A stretch of DNA of 63,817 nucleotides, filler included, from Fonticula-like sp. SCN 57-25 (lineage: Eukaryota): NCBI GenBank assembly GCA_001724245.1. It is 6 parts of 6 records of this genome, joined end to end, with 100 filler letters (N's around TTAATTAATTAA, not from the genome) between each part and the next. Parts side by side here need not be neighbours in the genome. Positions count along the whole stretch, not along the records: positions 42,856 to 53,420 come from MEDX01000225.1; positions 53,521 to 63,817 come from MEDX01000233.1; 4 more parts are not named here. The stretch is one strand, 5' to 3'. The stretch's first letter is position 1; every line of letters starts with the position of its first letter. A program made the translations under genes and the position numbers. The notes under the pieces were generated by a model that was not told the origin of the DNA, did not search any database, and worked only from the letters and a program-made list of their open reading frames with translations. This document shows positions 45,292 to 57,400 of this stretch, one piece after another.

Positions 45292-46670
45292 TCACGTCAT
45301 GTCGTCGTTGACGAGCGCGTCCATTTGCGACGCGGCCGGCGCGTCGTCGTGATAGAGCGGCGGCGGCCGCGGGTGCAGCAGGTAGAGCGTCGACCGCCGC
45401 GGCGACGGCGAGTGCGGCGGCGACCCCACAACGTCCCCAGGCTTGGCGGGCGCCCCCATAAGACGCTCGCGCTTTCCACTCCCGAAGCTGTCCTCGGAAA
45501 CTAAAAAGGCCACGTGAGCAAAAAAGCGAAAAAAAAAGTGCTCGTACGTCGACGCTTGAGCCGGACGCCGCCGGCCGAAATCGAGCCGCTCAGGTTGCTG
45601 CGCGGCGACTGCGAAGGCGACATGGCGAGCGACGGCGACGGCGAGCGCGAGCGCAGCTGTGGCCACGTGTAAGAATAAATAAAAAGTATAATTATGCGCA
45701 CCGAGAGGGAAGAGTCGGAGCGGAATCGGTCTCGGGCGGGCGACTCGATGTCGGCGCGCTCGTTGTTAATGGTGCGGATTACTGTCGGGGTAACTTCCTT
45801 TGTTTCGTGCTCGGGTTGTGTCCACTTGGCCTCCTGCGCGGTATCAGTTAGTAAGCAAGGTGGCGCCAAGTGATCGCGACGTACATCCTGAATCTGCGCG
45901 ATGCGGCTGAGGATGGGCTGGTATCACAGTGTAAGCAAAAAAAAAATACAATATAGACTTTTCCGTACATTTCCGCTGTCTGTGAGCGACATGCGACGCT
46001 CAAGCCTTGTGCCGAGATCGTGCGGTGACGGAGGCGCGATGCGGACGGGGTGCGTGATGGACGACGACTTGGCGCGAGGCCGGAGAACGCGCCGGGACGT
46101 CGGGCTCGGGCTCTGCCTCGCGCTTCCTTCCGCCGAGTCTGTCGGTGTCGCCAAGCAGCTGTCCTCGTCGTCGCCTGCTTCGCCAGAGTCATTCGCAGCG
46201 TCGCCGTCGCTCGATCGCCGCCGCCGACGACGCTTGGCGCGCGGCGAGTTCACAGACGCATCAGTGTCCGTCATCGCGTCGCCCGTGTCGTTGCTCCTTT
46301 CGTCTTCATTATCGTCGTCGTCGTCGTCTCCATCGTCAGAGTCGTCCGAGTCCTCCGGCGGCTCAGCTGCGACTCGCGCAGCAGCAGCTGCGGCAACCAG
46401 CTTGTGAAGCCGCCGAGTTTCGCGCCGCTTCTGCTTGACCTTTTGCAGGTCGCGGCGCTGGGCACGCGTGCGCGCCTCGTCAGGCCCGTCGCTCAGCTCG
46501 TCGTCCTCGTCGCCGCTCGGGCTCACGTCGTCAACATCGTCATCGCCGTCCTCTTCGTCGACGCGATCGGCGGCCGCCCAATCGAGGGCATCGAGCGCGG
46601 CGAGCGCCTCGGCCGTCGTGCTCGGTGCGCCGCCTGCGCCAAACATAGGGTTGTCCGCAGATATTTCCAT
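45292..46670 (-). CDS. Hypothetical acidic/Ser-rich low-complexity protein, multi-exon; 3' boundary uncertain
   Basis: GC-rich first exon of more than 200 codons from ATG 46670 with NLS-like AKRRRRRR, followed by short exons between T-rich introns; no domain recognised. Confidence 0.55.
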
Positions 46671-47034
46671 TCAAAATTAATGCAAAAGAGCAATGAGAAA
46701 AGCCACGCAAAGCGCCGTGCGGCACAGTGTGAGAGGGTTGATTGGTGAAGGCGGGGGCGCGATCGGCCAAAGGGGCGCTGTCGCACGGATGGCGGGCAAT
46801 GTTCTGATTCTCCTGATCATCAATTATTTCACTGATTACATCGCTAACGCCGCGACACACTTCAATGTGGCCTTCAAGGTGTCTAAAGGCAAGGAAATAG
46901 TGCGTGTGCGTATTGAAGAAAATATTATGAGCTAGAAAAAGCGACTTTCAATGTCTTTATCTCTTCATGTCGCTGTTCAATACAGGGCAGTGGGATGTTT
47001 ATCCAATGGGTTCTATTTAATTAGGAAACAAAGA

Positions 47035-48001
47035 CTAGTCGCGAATGACAATGTTCTGGACGAGGTCGGCCTAGCAAAGAAAATGAGCACAATATAATGA
47101 GCAGTATGGCTCGTACCAGAGGCTGGAACTCTTGAGGGTCGACGAGCTTGAACTCGAGGGTGAAGCAGTAAAAGTGCTTGAAGCACGCGTTGATGTGGGC
47201 CTCGGCGCCGATATCTGCGCAGCAGGTAAGAAGAAGGACTAAAATGATCACAACGCACTCGTGATCTGGTCAAAGTGGTGAATATAGACGTGGCAAAAGA
47301 CGCGCGTAAGGCGCTTAAAGATGTTGGCGCATGTCGCGCGGAACGTCTTGGGGAATGGCTGACCTGCACTCAAAGGTTAAACACAAAGAGAGCAGAAAAG
47401 CAACGCACCGACGTCCGGGGGGAATATGCTCTCATCGTTGATGATGTTTTCGATCCAGCCCATGAGGAGATCGACGTAAAGCGGGGTAGAAACGCTCGTC
47501 GCCTGCTTGTAGCGAGGATCGTTCTCATCCTTCCAAAAATACTCAAACCTAAAATTGGGGCAAGGTAAGCACACAGATAAATAAGTATAAAAACACGCAC
47601 TGGGTGCCGGCTGTCATCCGCGGGCATGTGCGCGTTGTGCAAAAGTCGCTCAACGTTCCGTAAATGAGGTTGATGCGGTTGAAAAAGTCGACCACTGCAA
47701 ACTCTATGGGTAAGCAGGCCGTTTAAACAAGGCAAACAAGCGCGCACCGTGCACGGCAAGCCACTCGTTGAGATCATCGTTGGGCGGAAGCTTGACCGAC
47801 TCTTGGATCTGCCGACCCGCCCCGAGAGATGCCTTGGCCTTCTTGTGCAGCTGATGGCGCAGCGATCCTGCGCCCCATCACGTCAGCATACAAAAAGGAG
47901 CAGGAAAGTGAGAGGACAAGGAAAAGCGCACCAGGCTCAAACTTTTTCTTTGGCCGAAAGGTCTTGTTTTTGTCAAAATACTTGTCGAGCATCGTGTTCA
48001 T
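47035..48001 (-). CDS. MOB3: MOB kinase activator, MOB3-type, about 7 exons
   Basis: [65 protein letters not shown]. Confidence 0.85.
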
Positions 48002-48240
48002 GTTTGGCCGCTGTTTGTCCGAGAGCGGGCAGGTGACGAAAACAGAAATGTTTGCATTACGCATACCAGGTGAGTATAGAGCGGGAGAAGCGCGGGCATC
48101 GGCGCGAAGCAGCGGCGCTTGAGGGCCTGCCCCCTGTACCCATGCGCATTTGTAACACTGCTCACCAAGAGGCTTAAAGAGACGCTAAATGAATAGAAAA
48201 ATGTTACGTGCCTTTCCGCAGTTAACATCGAATCTCCGCG

Positions 48241-49365
48241 ATGACGCCTGCGCGCCAGTTTTGGGCATGGCTGGTGCTGCTCCTGGGCGTGGGCGCACTG
48301 CTTGCCAACCGCGCCGTCGTGGCGGACCGGCAGCTATTTGCACACATACCGGCCCGACAGCTTAATGCTGCTCTCCCCGCAGTCCGGTGGGCAGAGCAGG
48401 CGCTGCATGCCGGGGCCCAGTCTGTGCGGTGGCCCGGGGGATCGCCGGCGCACAAGCGGCTCTTTGCGTGGAACGCGCTGTCCGACGCATTTGCGCATGA
48501 AGGCAGCGACGCGACAAGCCGCGTGTATGCAAAAGCGCTGCGCGCCTTTTCCGAAGGTGTTTTGCCGTGCGTTTTCATTGTCGGCGACGAGGCGCACGTC
48601 GGCATCGGCGAGCTGTCGCGCCTGCTGCGTAGCATTGAGCGGCATGTTGGGCCCTCGTACGCAACGCACATTGCTGCCGCCGAAGGTGCCTTGACTGCCC
48701 AAACGCGCGCGTTTCTTTCTACAAACTGGCCGAATGTCACAGTGCAGGTCGGCCCGCTCGGCGAGGCGCTCTACTCGTCGCTCTCCAACGCGACGTCGTG
48801 CTCGCATGCGCTCGTCCTGCGCTCCTCCAATGCCATTGTGCGCGATATCGGCCTTCAGCGGCTTGCAGTAGCGCTGCGTGTCGTGGCACCCGAGGGCGGA
48901 ACTGTGCAACTGCGCCCGGGGGCCAACCTAGGCGTGTACCGCGAGCTCGTTATCAGCGGCGATCCGTGGACGTTCCCCAGCGACTCGGCTGCCGCATCCA
49001 CGCTCGTGCTGTTTGACCCAGGCGCCGCCACGCTCTCGTCGACGGCGGCGAATGAGCTTGAGGCGATGGCGTTTACACACCCGCTGAGCCTCGACGGCAT
49101 CATCATTGAGCGTACGCGGCTGATTAGCTTGCTTGGCGAGGGCGCGCGGGCGGCGGCCGACCCTGCCAATCTGATGCTCGCTATCGAGCGCGCAGTGCCC
49201 TCGCAGCGCTCTCAATGGCACATCATGCAGACTTCGTCGTCTGTTGTACGGCTACCGCCGGCCGGCAGCGCCAAACGAGCAGAGTGTGCAGAAATGGTGC
49301 TGAGCGACCGCCCGTCAAAGTGGCTGCTCACCGACAAGGACATTTGCATCTCTTCCGCTATGTGA
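48241..49365 (+). CDS. Hypothetical membrane-anchored or secreted protein, possibly a degenerate GT-A glycosyltransferase-like fold
   Basis: 374-aa intronless ORF with hydrophobic N-terminus FWAWLVLLLGVGALLA; divergent from MOB3. Confidence 0.6.
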   Translation: MTPARQFWAWLVLLLGVGALLANRAVVADRQLFAHIPARQLNAALPAVRWAEQALHAGAQSVRWPGGSPAHKRLFAWNALSDAFAHEGSDATSRVYAKALRAFSEGVLPCVFIVGDEAHVGIGELSRLLRSIERHVGPSYATHIAAAEGALTAQTRAFLSTNWPNVTVQVGPLGEALYSSLSNATSCSHALVLRSSNAIVRDIGLQRLAVALRVVAPEGGTVQLRPGANLGVYRELVISGDPWTFPSDSAAASTLVLFDPGAATLSSTAANELEAMAFTHPLSLDGIIIERTRLISLLGEGARAAADPANLMLAIERAVPSQRSQWHIMQTSSSVVRLPPAGSAKRAECAEMVLSDRPSKWLLTDKDICISSAM

Positions 49366-49525
49366 CCATTTTCTGTACATTATTATCTTTGGCGTTCCAA
49401 TTTATTTATACCCAATAAGGGTGCTTCCAAATAAGAAATATCGACAACGACACAACTGGCAGTCGTCGCACACCTCGTGCGGCTCACACCGACGTCTAGG
49501 AAAGAATGAAAAAATAAAAGAAAAA

Positions 49526-51146
49526 TTACATGGTAGCGAAGGGCGAAAAGTAGGCGTAGGAAAAGATGCCCGCAGTGACAGCGCCGGCGAACACGATGGT
49601 GAACATCCACGCGCCAAACGTCTTGAAGAAGAGCATCTTGTTAAAGCCCGACTGACCCTCGCACGCGCCGATGGCGACGGTGGCACCGACCTGGCAGTGG
49701 GTGCTGGAAATGGGAAGACCAATCATCGAGGCGGTGACGACGACGGTGGCGGCGGCAAGCTCGATGGCAAAGCCACGCGACGGGGTCATCTTGATGAGCT
49801 TGGTGCCGAGCGTGCGCATCACCTTGTAGCCATAGAGGGCCAGACCAGCGACGATACCGACACCACCATAGGCAAGAATCCACGGCTCGGCGGTAACATC
49901 TGAGGTCGGGATCGTGTTGGTCGAGTAGAGCAGCCAGATCATGGCGAACGGGGCGACCGAGTTGGCCACATCGTTGGCACCGTGCGCAAAGGACGCAAAG
50001 CAGGCAGTGGCAACCTGGAGGTACGAAAAGAGCTCCTCAGTGGTCTCGTCAAAGACCTCGGCGTCGCTGTGGATGCGGGAAACCTCCTCGCTCTTCTCCT
50101 CGGCGTGGATGTCGCGCGTGACAGTGGCATCGAGGAAGCGGCTGAAGCTGCTCTGCGCCACGACGGCACCAGAGGGCGTCTCGTTAAGAATGGGCGTATC
50201 CTCCGTCGCATCATCGCCGTCAACGTCAGAGACCTTGTTGTAAGGGAGGCCGCTGCCTTTGATACCACGGACACTACGGGAGCTGAACGAGTACAGACGG
50301 CGCTTGAGCATAGGGACGGCGGTGAACTGAAGGATAAGCGCAATGACAATGCCAGCGCCCAGGGCAACCAAGACACCGTAGCCGACAGGGAGGATCGACT
50401 CAAAGTCCTGGATAGGACCCTTGTACAGCACAAAGAAGATGTTGACGGCGAGCGTCACGGCGATGAGGAGCGGGTAAAACTTGAGGCCGCGCCCAAGCGA
50501 GTTGGGAGCGCGGAGAATGAAACGGCGCACAAGCCAGAAAAGACCGGCACCGGCCAGACCGGAAAGGACGGGCGAGATAAACCACGAAATAATGATGCGG
50601 ACAAGCTCCTTCACCTTGATCGAGTCGGGGCCGGCGGCGCAGAGGGAGAAACCAATAATGGCACCAACTGCGGGCAAGCTCAGTAAGTAACCGGAAAGAA
50701 AAAGAAATGTAAAAAGACGCACTAACAGAGTGCGTGGTCGACACGGGCAGCTCAATCTTGGTGGCGATGACGACCCAGGAGCCGGCACCGAGAAGCGCGC
50801 AAAGCATACCAAACATGAGTGTCGCCGGCTCATCGGCGTACACATTGGGATCAGCAATACCCTTCGAGATCGTATCAAGCACAGCACCACCCATAAGCAT
50901 AGCGCCGGTAAACTCAAAGACGGCCGCAATGCAGACAGCCTGCCACAGCTTGAGCGTCTTGGCGCCCACAGAGGGACCAAAAGCGTTGGCGACGTCATTG
51001 GCGCCGATGCCAAAAGCCATCACAAAGGCGGCAATAAAGCCGATAACTACGATCCACACATAGTTCTCGGGAAGCTGGTTATACGGAATAGACGGGACGG
51101 GCGCGTCCGTCACAAAGGCGGACAACGCGTTAAACACAGTAGCCAT
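49526..51146 (-). CDS. PiT/PHO4 (SLC20) family phosphate transporter, 2 exons
   Basis: Twin signature GIGANDVANAFG / HGANDVANSV, LPVSTTHS and LPISSTHC; multiple TM segments. Confidence 0.95.
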
Positions 51147-51510
51147 CCTGCGGTTCCTTGATTGAAGACAGCAAAAAAGGCGACTAAACTACGCCAGCGC
51201 CAGTGCCAACACAAGAGAAAATTAAGCACCCTTTTCTTCGACTTAGAAATAGCTTACCAAGTCCCTCTATCGGTTTGGCCGATGGAACTCCCTCCTGCGG
51301 TTGCTGCGGCTGCCGGGAAAAGCAACACGCGTCAAACCGAGCCGGGTGCGGGGCGAAGTGACTACACATGGGCAGCGGCCACGTACCCACCATTAATGGC
51401 CCTGACCAATCGGAATCGTCGATTGGAGCGCGTGCTGGTTTGCAGGGCGGGCGTTCGCTCATGTTGACGGCGATGCGGGAATCACGTTCGAAGCATCCCA
51501 AGGGGCCAGA

Positions 51511-52072
51511 ATGGCGAGCGGACGCGTTTCGCTGGTGCTCTTTGCGGCGGCCTTGTTGATTCTGGGCGCGTCGGCTTTGGAAGTGACGCTCAGCAGCGAG
51601 CGGAACCCGCAAGACATTCATGTGGATCTCATTGACAGCGCCAACACCACGATCCGCGCGGCTGTCTACAAGTTCTCTGACGACAAGATCCTTGAGGCGA
51701 TCCTCGACGCGCTCGACCGCGGCGTGCGCGTTGAACTTGTCGTTGATCTGGTGGAGAACGAGGATAAGGATTCGCATGCGAATGCGGCTGCCAAGGAAGG
51801 AGCGCACGTTCGGTTTTACAGCACGTCCAAGTATGAAAAGCTGCACGCCAAGTTTTCCATCTTTGACGACGAGATTGCCGTGTCGTACGTAGAGCAAACA
51901 TATATTTACGTGAAATTGACCATTATTCCATAGGGGATCGGCCAATTGGTCGGGCGCGAGTGGATCCGACAACATGGAGATTGTGTTTGTGCACGACGAC
52001 CGCTCGACGGTATCGACATTGCGTGACTTTTTTGACGAGCTCTATGACGACGCCGAGGAAGCTCGCCTATAG
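51511..52072 (+). CDS. Single-HKD phospholipase D/Nuc-family protein with signal peptide, 2 exons (intron 51885-51933)
   Basis: LHAKFSIFDDEIAVS|GSANWS..DNME matches HxK(x4)D(x6)GSxN; LIDSANTTIRAAVY and RGVRVELVVD are typical of Nuc/PLD6. Confidence 0.88.
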
Positions 52073-53420
52073 ATTGTGCGGTAACCTTTTTCTTTAGTCA
52101 ATGTATTGTGTATTACCCCATGAGACAGTAAATGATTACTTAAATGTTCGATACCATGACATCCTTGTTGAAATGCGTGAAAGAGAGTATCGCGGGCACA
52201 ACATTAGGAAAGACGCGAAAAATTTAGTCCTTGCAAATATATGGTGTGTCTCGAACATCGGCCTGTATTAACAGGAAGACGCAGCGCAAAAAACTCGAAC
52301 GAGCGGGCACGCCTCAACGTGGGAAAGTGCGGCCCCTTCAAATATCAAAATCGGGGAGAACACGCAGCGCGATCCCACCCAAAGCCACGTAATACAGAGT
52401 ACTCATTGCGAACAACGAAACCGGAAAGTCGGCAAGGAGCGTCAACGACAAACACTACCGATTGCATCGTCGATCTTGGTGGCGGTGACATCGGTGGTTC
52501 AGAATCGCGAAAACGAGCTCGACACGACTCAACACAGGTATCAAGTTAATCATGGTCATGCGGTGCGCAACGGTCAGCGTGAGACAAGCCGGAGCGCAAA
52601 CAAAAGACACCGTCTACGTGACGAAACGATCACCAAGATGACCCGCCACCATCTGCTGCCAGGGATCGCCTTCAACCGGCCGACCAAATGCCGGCGACAT
52701 TATTCCTTGTTGATTCACAGACAAATATCTGGGCAGCTGACCTGGAAAAACCAACGACACGCCTACCTTGAAGCAGAGCAGGTAGTAAAAGTGTAGTACG
52801 TGGAGAGTGCCTGGCGGCAGCTGAAGAGATCAGGGGTGAGGTCAAGGGCGACTTTTCGACCAATCAAAACGTCACGTCATCATATCGTCATCAACTCAGT
52901 CGCGGCAGATCGCCATGCCCTCGGTAAAGTGGCGCTTACATGGCATTCCTGGCGAAAATGAATTTCCCTTAGACTCTACGTGGTCAGAGGTCCGTTTTAA
53001 TATTTGGAAGCATCATGGGGACCCCAACCTTGCCAAGGTCCTTGTTCCTGAAAACATTCGCGTGCGCGGATCGGATATCCAATACCCGCGACTATTATTT
53101 TATTTTTTTTACTGAGCGAAAAATCTTCGATTTTCCTTCCATAAGATGAATTATATTAATTTTGCTCAGTGATAAAAATATAATTTTACTATATGATTTT
53201 TATTGTAAAAGGAATGTAAAAATAAAAAAATAGAATTTCCAAAGGGGGGAGTCTTTGATAAACTTGAGTTAGTGAATTAGTTATTTAGTCTTTTTTTGAG
53301 AAAGTTTTTAAAAAAATTAAAAAAAGGCCGAGTCTAAAATGAGAAAAGTACTTGTCTAAAATGAGAATCAATCCAGATCGAAGTCGATCCAGATCCACAA
53401 ATTGTTTCCCGCCACTTGTT

Positions 53421-53520
53421 NNNNNNNNNNNNNNNNNNNNNNNNNNNNNNNNNNNNNNNNNNNNTTAATTAATTAANNNNNNNNNNNNNNNNNNNNNNNN
53501 NNNNNNNNNNNNNNNNNNNN
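53421..53520. other. Artificial contig-joining linker
   Basis: N44-TTAATTAATTAA-N44. Confidence 0.97.
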
Positions 53521-54241
53521 TTACAACTGGATCTCTGCGGTCTCCAACGATCAGTACGTCGAGGTCGCCACCATGTACCAAGCGCATGCGTACCTCGACA
53601 TGCCCGAGGGCAAGGGCCTGCTGCAGAAGCATCCGCTGGTCGTCGGCGAGTGTTTTACGCGCAGCCCTGTCCCTATCCACGACGACGTGAAAAAGACATT
53701 TCTGATGAGCTTTTCGCGCGGCGAGCTGCAAATGACCGTCGACGTCGCCACCGACGTACGCTCTTGTTCTAAATTTTCTCGACGCCCTCACACTATTACC
53801 AGATGTTTTTTCTGGGCGAAACTACAAAAATTCACGTCCGCATCAACAACCAGTCGGCCAAGCAAGTGCGCTCCATCAAGGCAAAGCTGGTGAGCGTCAC
53901 ATCTGTAAAAACCGGGCGCACCAGGGCAAAGGAAATGAAGGGAATTTATTCCGTCCAGTACCCGCACACGGTCGAGGCGGGCGGCGTTTTTGAGGGCGAT
54001 CTCGATTTTACTGTCCCGCTGGACGTTTATCCGTCGTCTTCTGGCGAGTATGCCAGCAACACCCGTGCGACTCTTCCCTTGCCGACCTTTATGAGGCTAA
54101 TACATGTTAGACCTTTTCGTTGTCGAGTGCGATGTGCCCATGGCGCCCGATCTCCAGGCATGCTTCGACGTCACGCTTGCGCTCCTTCCCGCGGCCGGGC
54201 AGCGGCCAACCATCACATTTAAAAAGTCCTTCAATTGGTGA
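53521..54241 (+). CDS. Arrestin-domain protein (alpha-arrestin/AdcA-like), 5' partial, 3 exons visible
   Basis: KKTFLM..GELQMTV, VFFLGE..IHVRINNQSAKQVRSIKAKL, VPLDVYPSSSG..HLFVVECDVPMAPDL match an arrestin C domain. Confidence 0.78.
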
Positions 54242-54441
54242 ACGTACAAACGCAGCTCTCGTCTGTGCAATTTTTGGCTTCATTTTTGTCATTTTTGTCG
54301 TAATTTTTGGATAAATTCTGCATCAAATATATGTGAGAAACACTCGCAAATAAAAATTACGCTTACATTGTCAATAACACTTCATCGATGGCAATATGGA
54401 ATTGAAACTGTATTCTTCTGTACAACAAAAACACCCGCGCA

Positions 54442-57400
54442 TTACGCAAAGTACTTTTTAAGCGGCTCTCCGAGCACCTTTTCGATCTGCGCCACCACCT
54501 CGTGCGCGAGCTGCTCGACATCGTGCTCTGCATCTTCAAGCACCTCTGCGAGGAACGGAATCGTCTCTGGCAGCAAAATAAGGAACTCTTCCCCGAGCCT
54601 CGTGTAGTACTCCTGGAGGCACCTGAGCGCACCGCGGCGCACATCGCTCTGACCCGAGCGCGTGAGCAGCAGCGTCTGGTGATTGAGCGACTTCCACATC
54701 GAATCGTTGCTGACAGTGACGGCGAGCTGGCCGAGCACCGGCACCACGTGGGCGCACAGGTTGGGGTAGCGCTGCTCACCGTCGCCGGCGAGCGGGCTCT
54801 CGAGCTGGTCGACGAGCGGCTGCATGATGGCGTCGAAACGCTCGCGGTCAAAGAAGTGCTCAGTGTCGTGCACCATCACGCGGTGAATCGTCGCGAGCAT
54901 CGACGTCCACAGCAGCTCGGCCTCGGCGGCGTTCAGCAGCTGCGCGTTCGCCTGCTCGGCGTCGGCCTGAGCGCGCGAGCGCTTGCCCTTCTTGGTCGAC
55001 GCGGAAGACGCGGTGGGCGCCACGTACGACGCGACGGCGCCAAACTCGTCAACGACATTCGTAAAGAACATGGCAAAGAACGGCACAAAGATGGACTTTA
55101 GCTGCTCGGCAACCTTGTTGGTGAGGCGGAAGAAAGTAATGAGCCTGCGCGGCGTCTTTTCCTCGCCCGTGGCCCACGTGACGACGCGAAGGAGCATGGG
55201 GCGGAAGAGCGTCTCGTTCATCTTGACGACGAGCTGCACAACAGCGTCCGTGACAGCGTCCTCGGTGGCGTCGACTTCGTCGGCGGGGATGAGCTGCGCG
55301 CTGCGCAGTTCGAGGCCGCCAATGAAAAGGTCAAAGAGTTCGGCGTGGTGCGCCGTGACGGCGGGGCGGTCGAGACGCGACGCGATGCGGCCGGCGAGCT
55401 CAAAGAGCGGCACGACAGCATGGCTGCGCGGCGCGGCCTTGCAGTCGCCAAAGTACGCCGTGATGGCCGGGATGACCACGCGCGGCGCGCACTTTTGACC
55501 AATCAGATCAAGCACAGTCGCGTTCTTCTTGCCGAGCTGGCCGCCGGTGGCCGCATCGACGGGCATGGCGGCGTGCAGCGACACAGCGAGCAGCGCCGGG
55601 AGGTACGGCGACATAAACTGCGGCAGCGCAACGAGCAGCTCCTGCGACAGCGTGAGCGCGCTGAGCATGAACAACTGCTTGGGCTCGGGCAGGTCGCTCT
55701 GCTGCGTCGCATTTCCTAGCGTGGCGCGCGACGCGTCCAGCGAGATCGACACAATCTTGGGCAGGTGGCCGAGCATCTGCGGGCCGAGCTCGGCGCACAG
55801 CGTCGCGAGGCACACGAGCGCCGTCGCCGACACCTGCGTGTTGGGGTGCTGCGCGGCAGCCATGACAACGGGGACCGTGCTGAAAAAGACAGCGCTCTCG
55901 CGCTTGGCAAAGCTGCGCGAGAGGATCTCGAGCGAGAGCAGCGCCGTCTGCTGATTCACGGCGGTCTCAGAGTCGTCCGCGGCGGCGGCGGCAGACAGCA
56001 GCGGCGTAATGTCGCCAACCATCTGGACAAACAGCGCAGTCTCGTCGCGGCTGAGGTCGGCGCGGTGCGCAATCAGGCGCTCGTTGAACAGGACGAGCGC
56101 CTTGCGGCGGATCGTCGAGCTCTTGTGCTTGATCAGGCGGGCAATGACGCCGACGAAAGCGGGGATGCTCAGCAGGCCGTTGATCTGGTCAATGACATCG
56201 TGCAGCTGGCGAGAAAGAATGCGCCAGTACTTGACGACGGTCGCGCCGCCCACTTCGTCGGCCGACTTTGTGAGCTGCGCGCCAACGCTCGAGACGAGGG
56301 CGAGCGTCGCCTCAAGCAGAGCCATGAAGCCGCTCTCGAGGCCGCCCGACTGCTGCTGCGACTCGCGCGCGACAACCTTTTGGAGCAGCGGGCGCGACGT
56401 CAGGATGCTGCTGACGAGGCGGATGGCGCCCATCTTGAAGGCGCGCAGCTGCTTGGGCGTGTGCTCGAGCACGTTGAAGAGCGACGTGTCCTCGGCAGCG
56501 TCCGCGTACGCGTCGCTCTTCTCGGGCTTGTCGTGGGGGAGCTCGGTGACGAGCTGCACAAGCTGAACAAGCTGGCCAAGCTCGACCTCGGCGGCAAACT
56601 GGTTGCTGATCGACACGCAGAAAGCCTCGATCGAGTCGGGGTCGTCGCTGTTCTTATCAAGCTCGCTCGCGTTCGGGTACAGCTCGACGGCCTTTTCGAG
56701 GAGCACGGCGAGCACGGCGTACAGGTACTGGCGCTCGCCGAGCGTGTTGACGAGCACCGTAAAGAGGCGGAGGCGGCGGTGCTTGGGGATGTGGAACAGC
56801 GCGTCGACAAACACCTTGAGCACGGGCTTGATGTCGACGTGCACGACGCTGCGCACAGTGTGGCGCGCGAGCAGCGGCGGGATAACCTTTTCGAGCGTCT
56901 GCTGGATGACGTGGAACGAGTAGTTGTCGTCCTGGCGCAGAACGTTGGCGCCCATAAATGTAAACACCGACATGATGTGCGTGAGCACAGAGTCGGGGTA
57001 CAGCGACGCGATGGCGCCCATCAACAGCAGCGACAGCTGGTGCGTCTGCGGGTTCTCGCTACCGCGAATGCACTGCACAAGCACGTCCACGCGGAACGAG
57101 CGCTCGGGCATGTGCGTGTTGGCGTCGCGCTCGGCCTGCGTCACAGCCAGAATGTACGACAGCGTCAGCTGCTTGAGGTACTCGGACGCGCCCGACGCCG
57201 CGGGGAGCAGCAGATGAAGCGTGTCAAAGAGCACGGGGATGAGGTCGGCAGAGCCCGCCTGGCGCTCCTTCACCTCGAGCGACTCGAGAATCGCAGTGAG
57301 GCGCGCAAGCGAAGCCGCCGAGGCCGCCTCGGAAGTGACGACCGGCGCGGCCGACTCCTTCTTTGACTTTTTCGAGGCAGTGCCGGGGGCGCGCGGCGCC

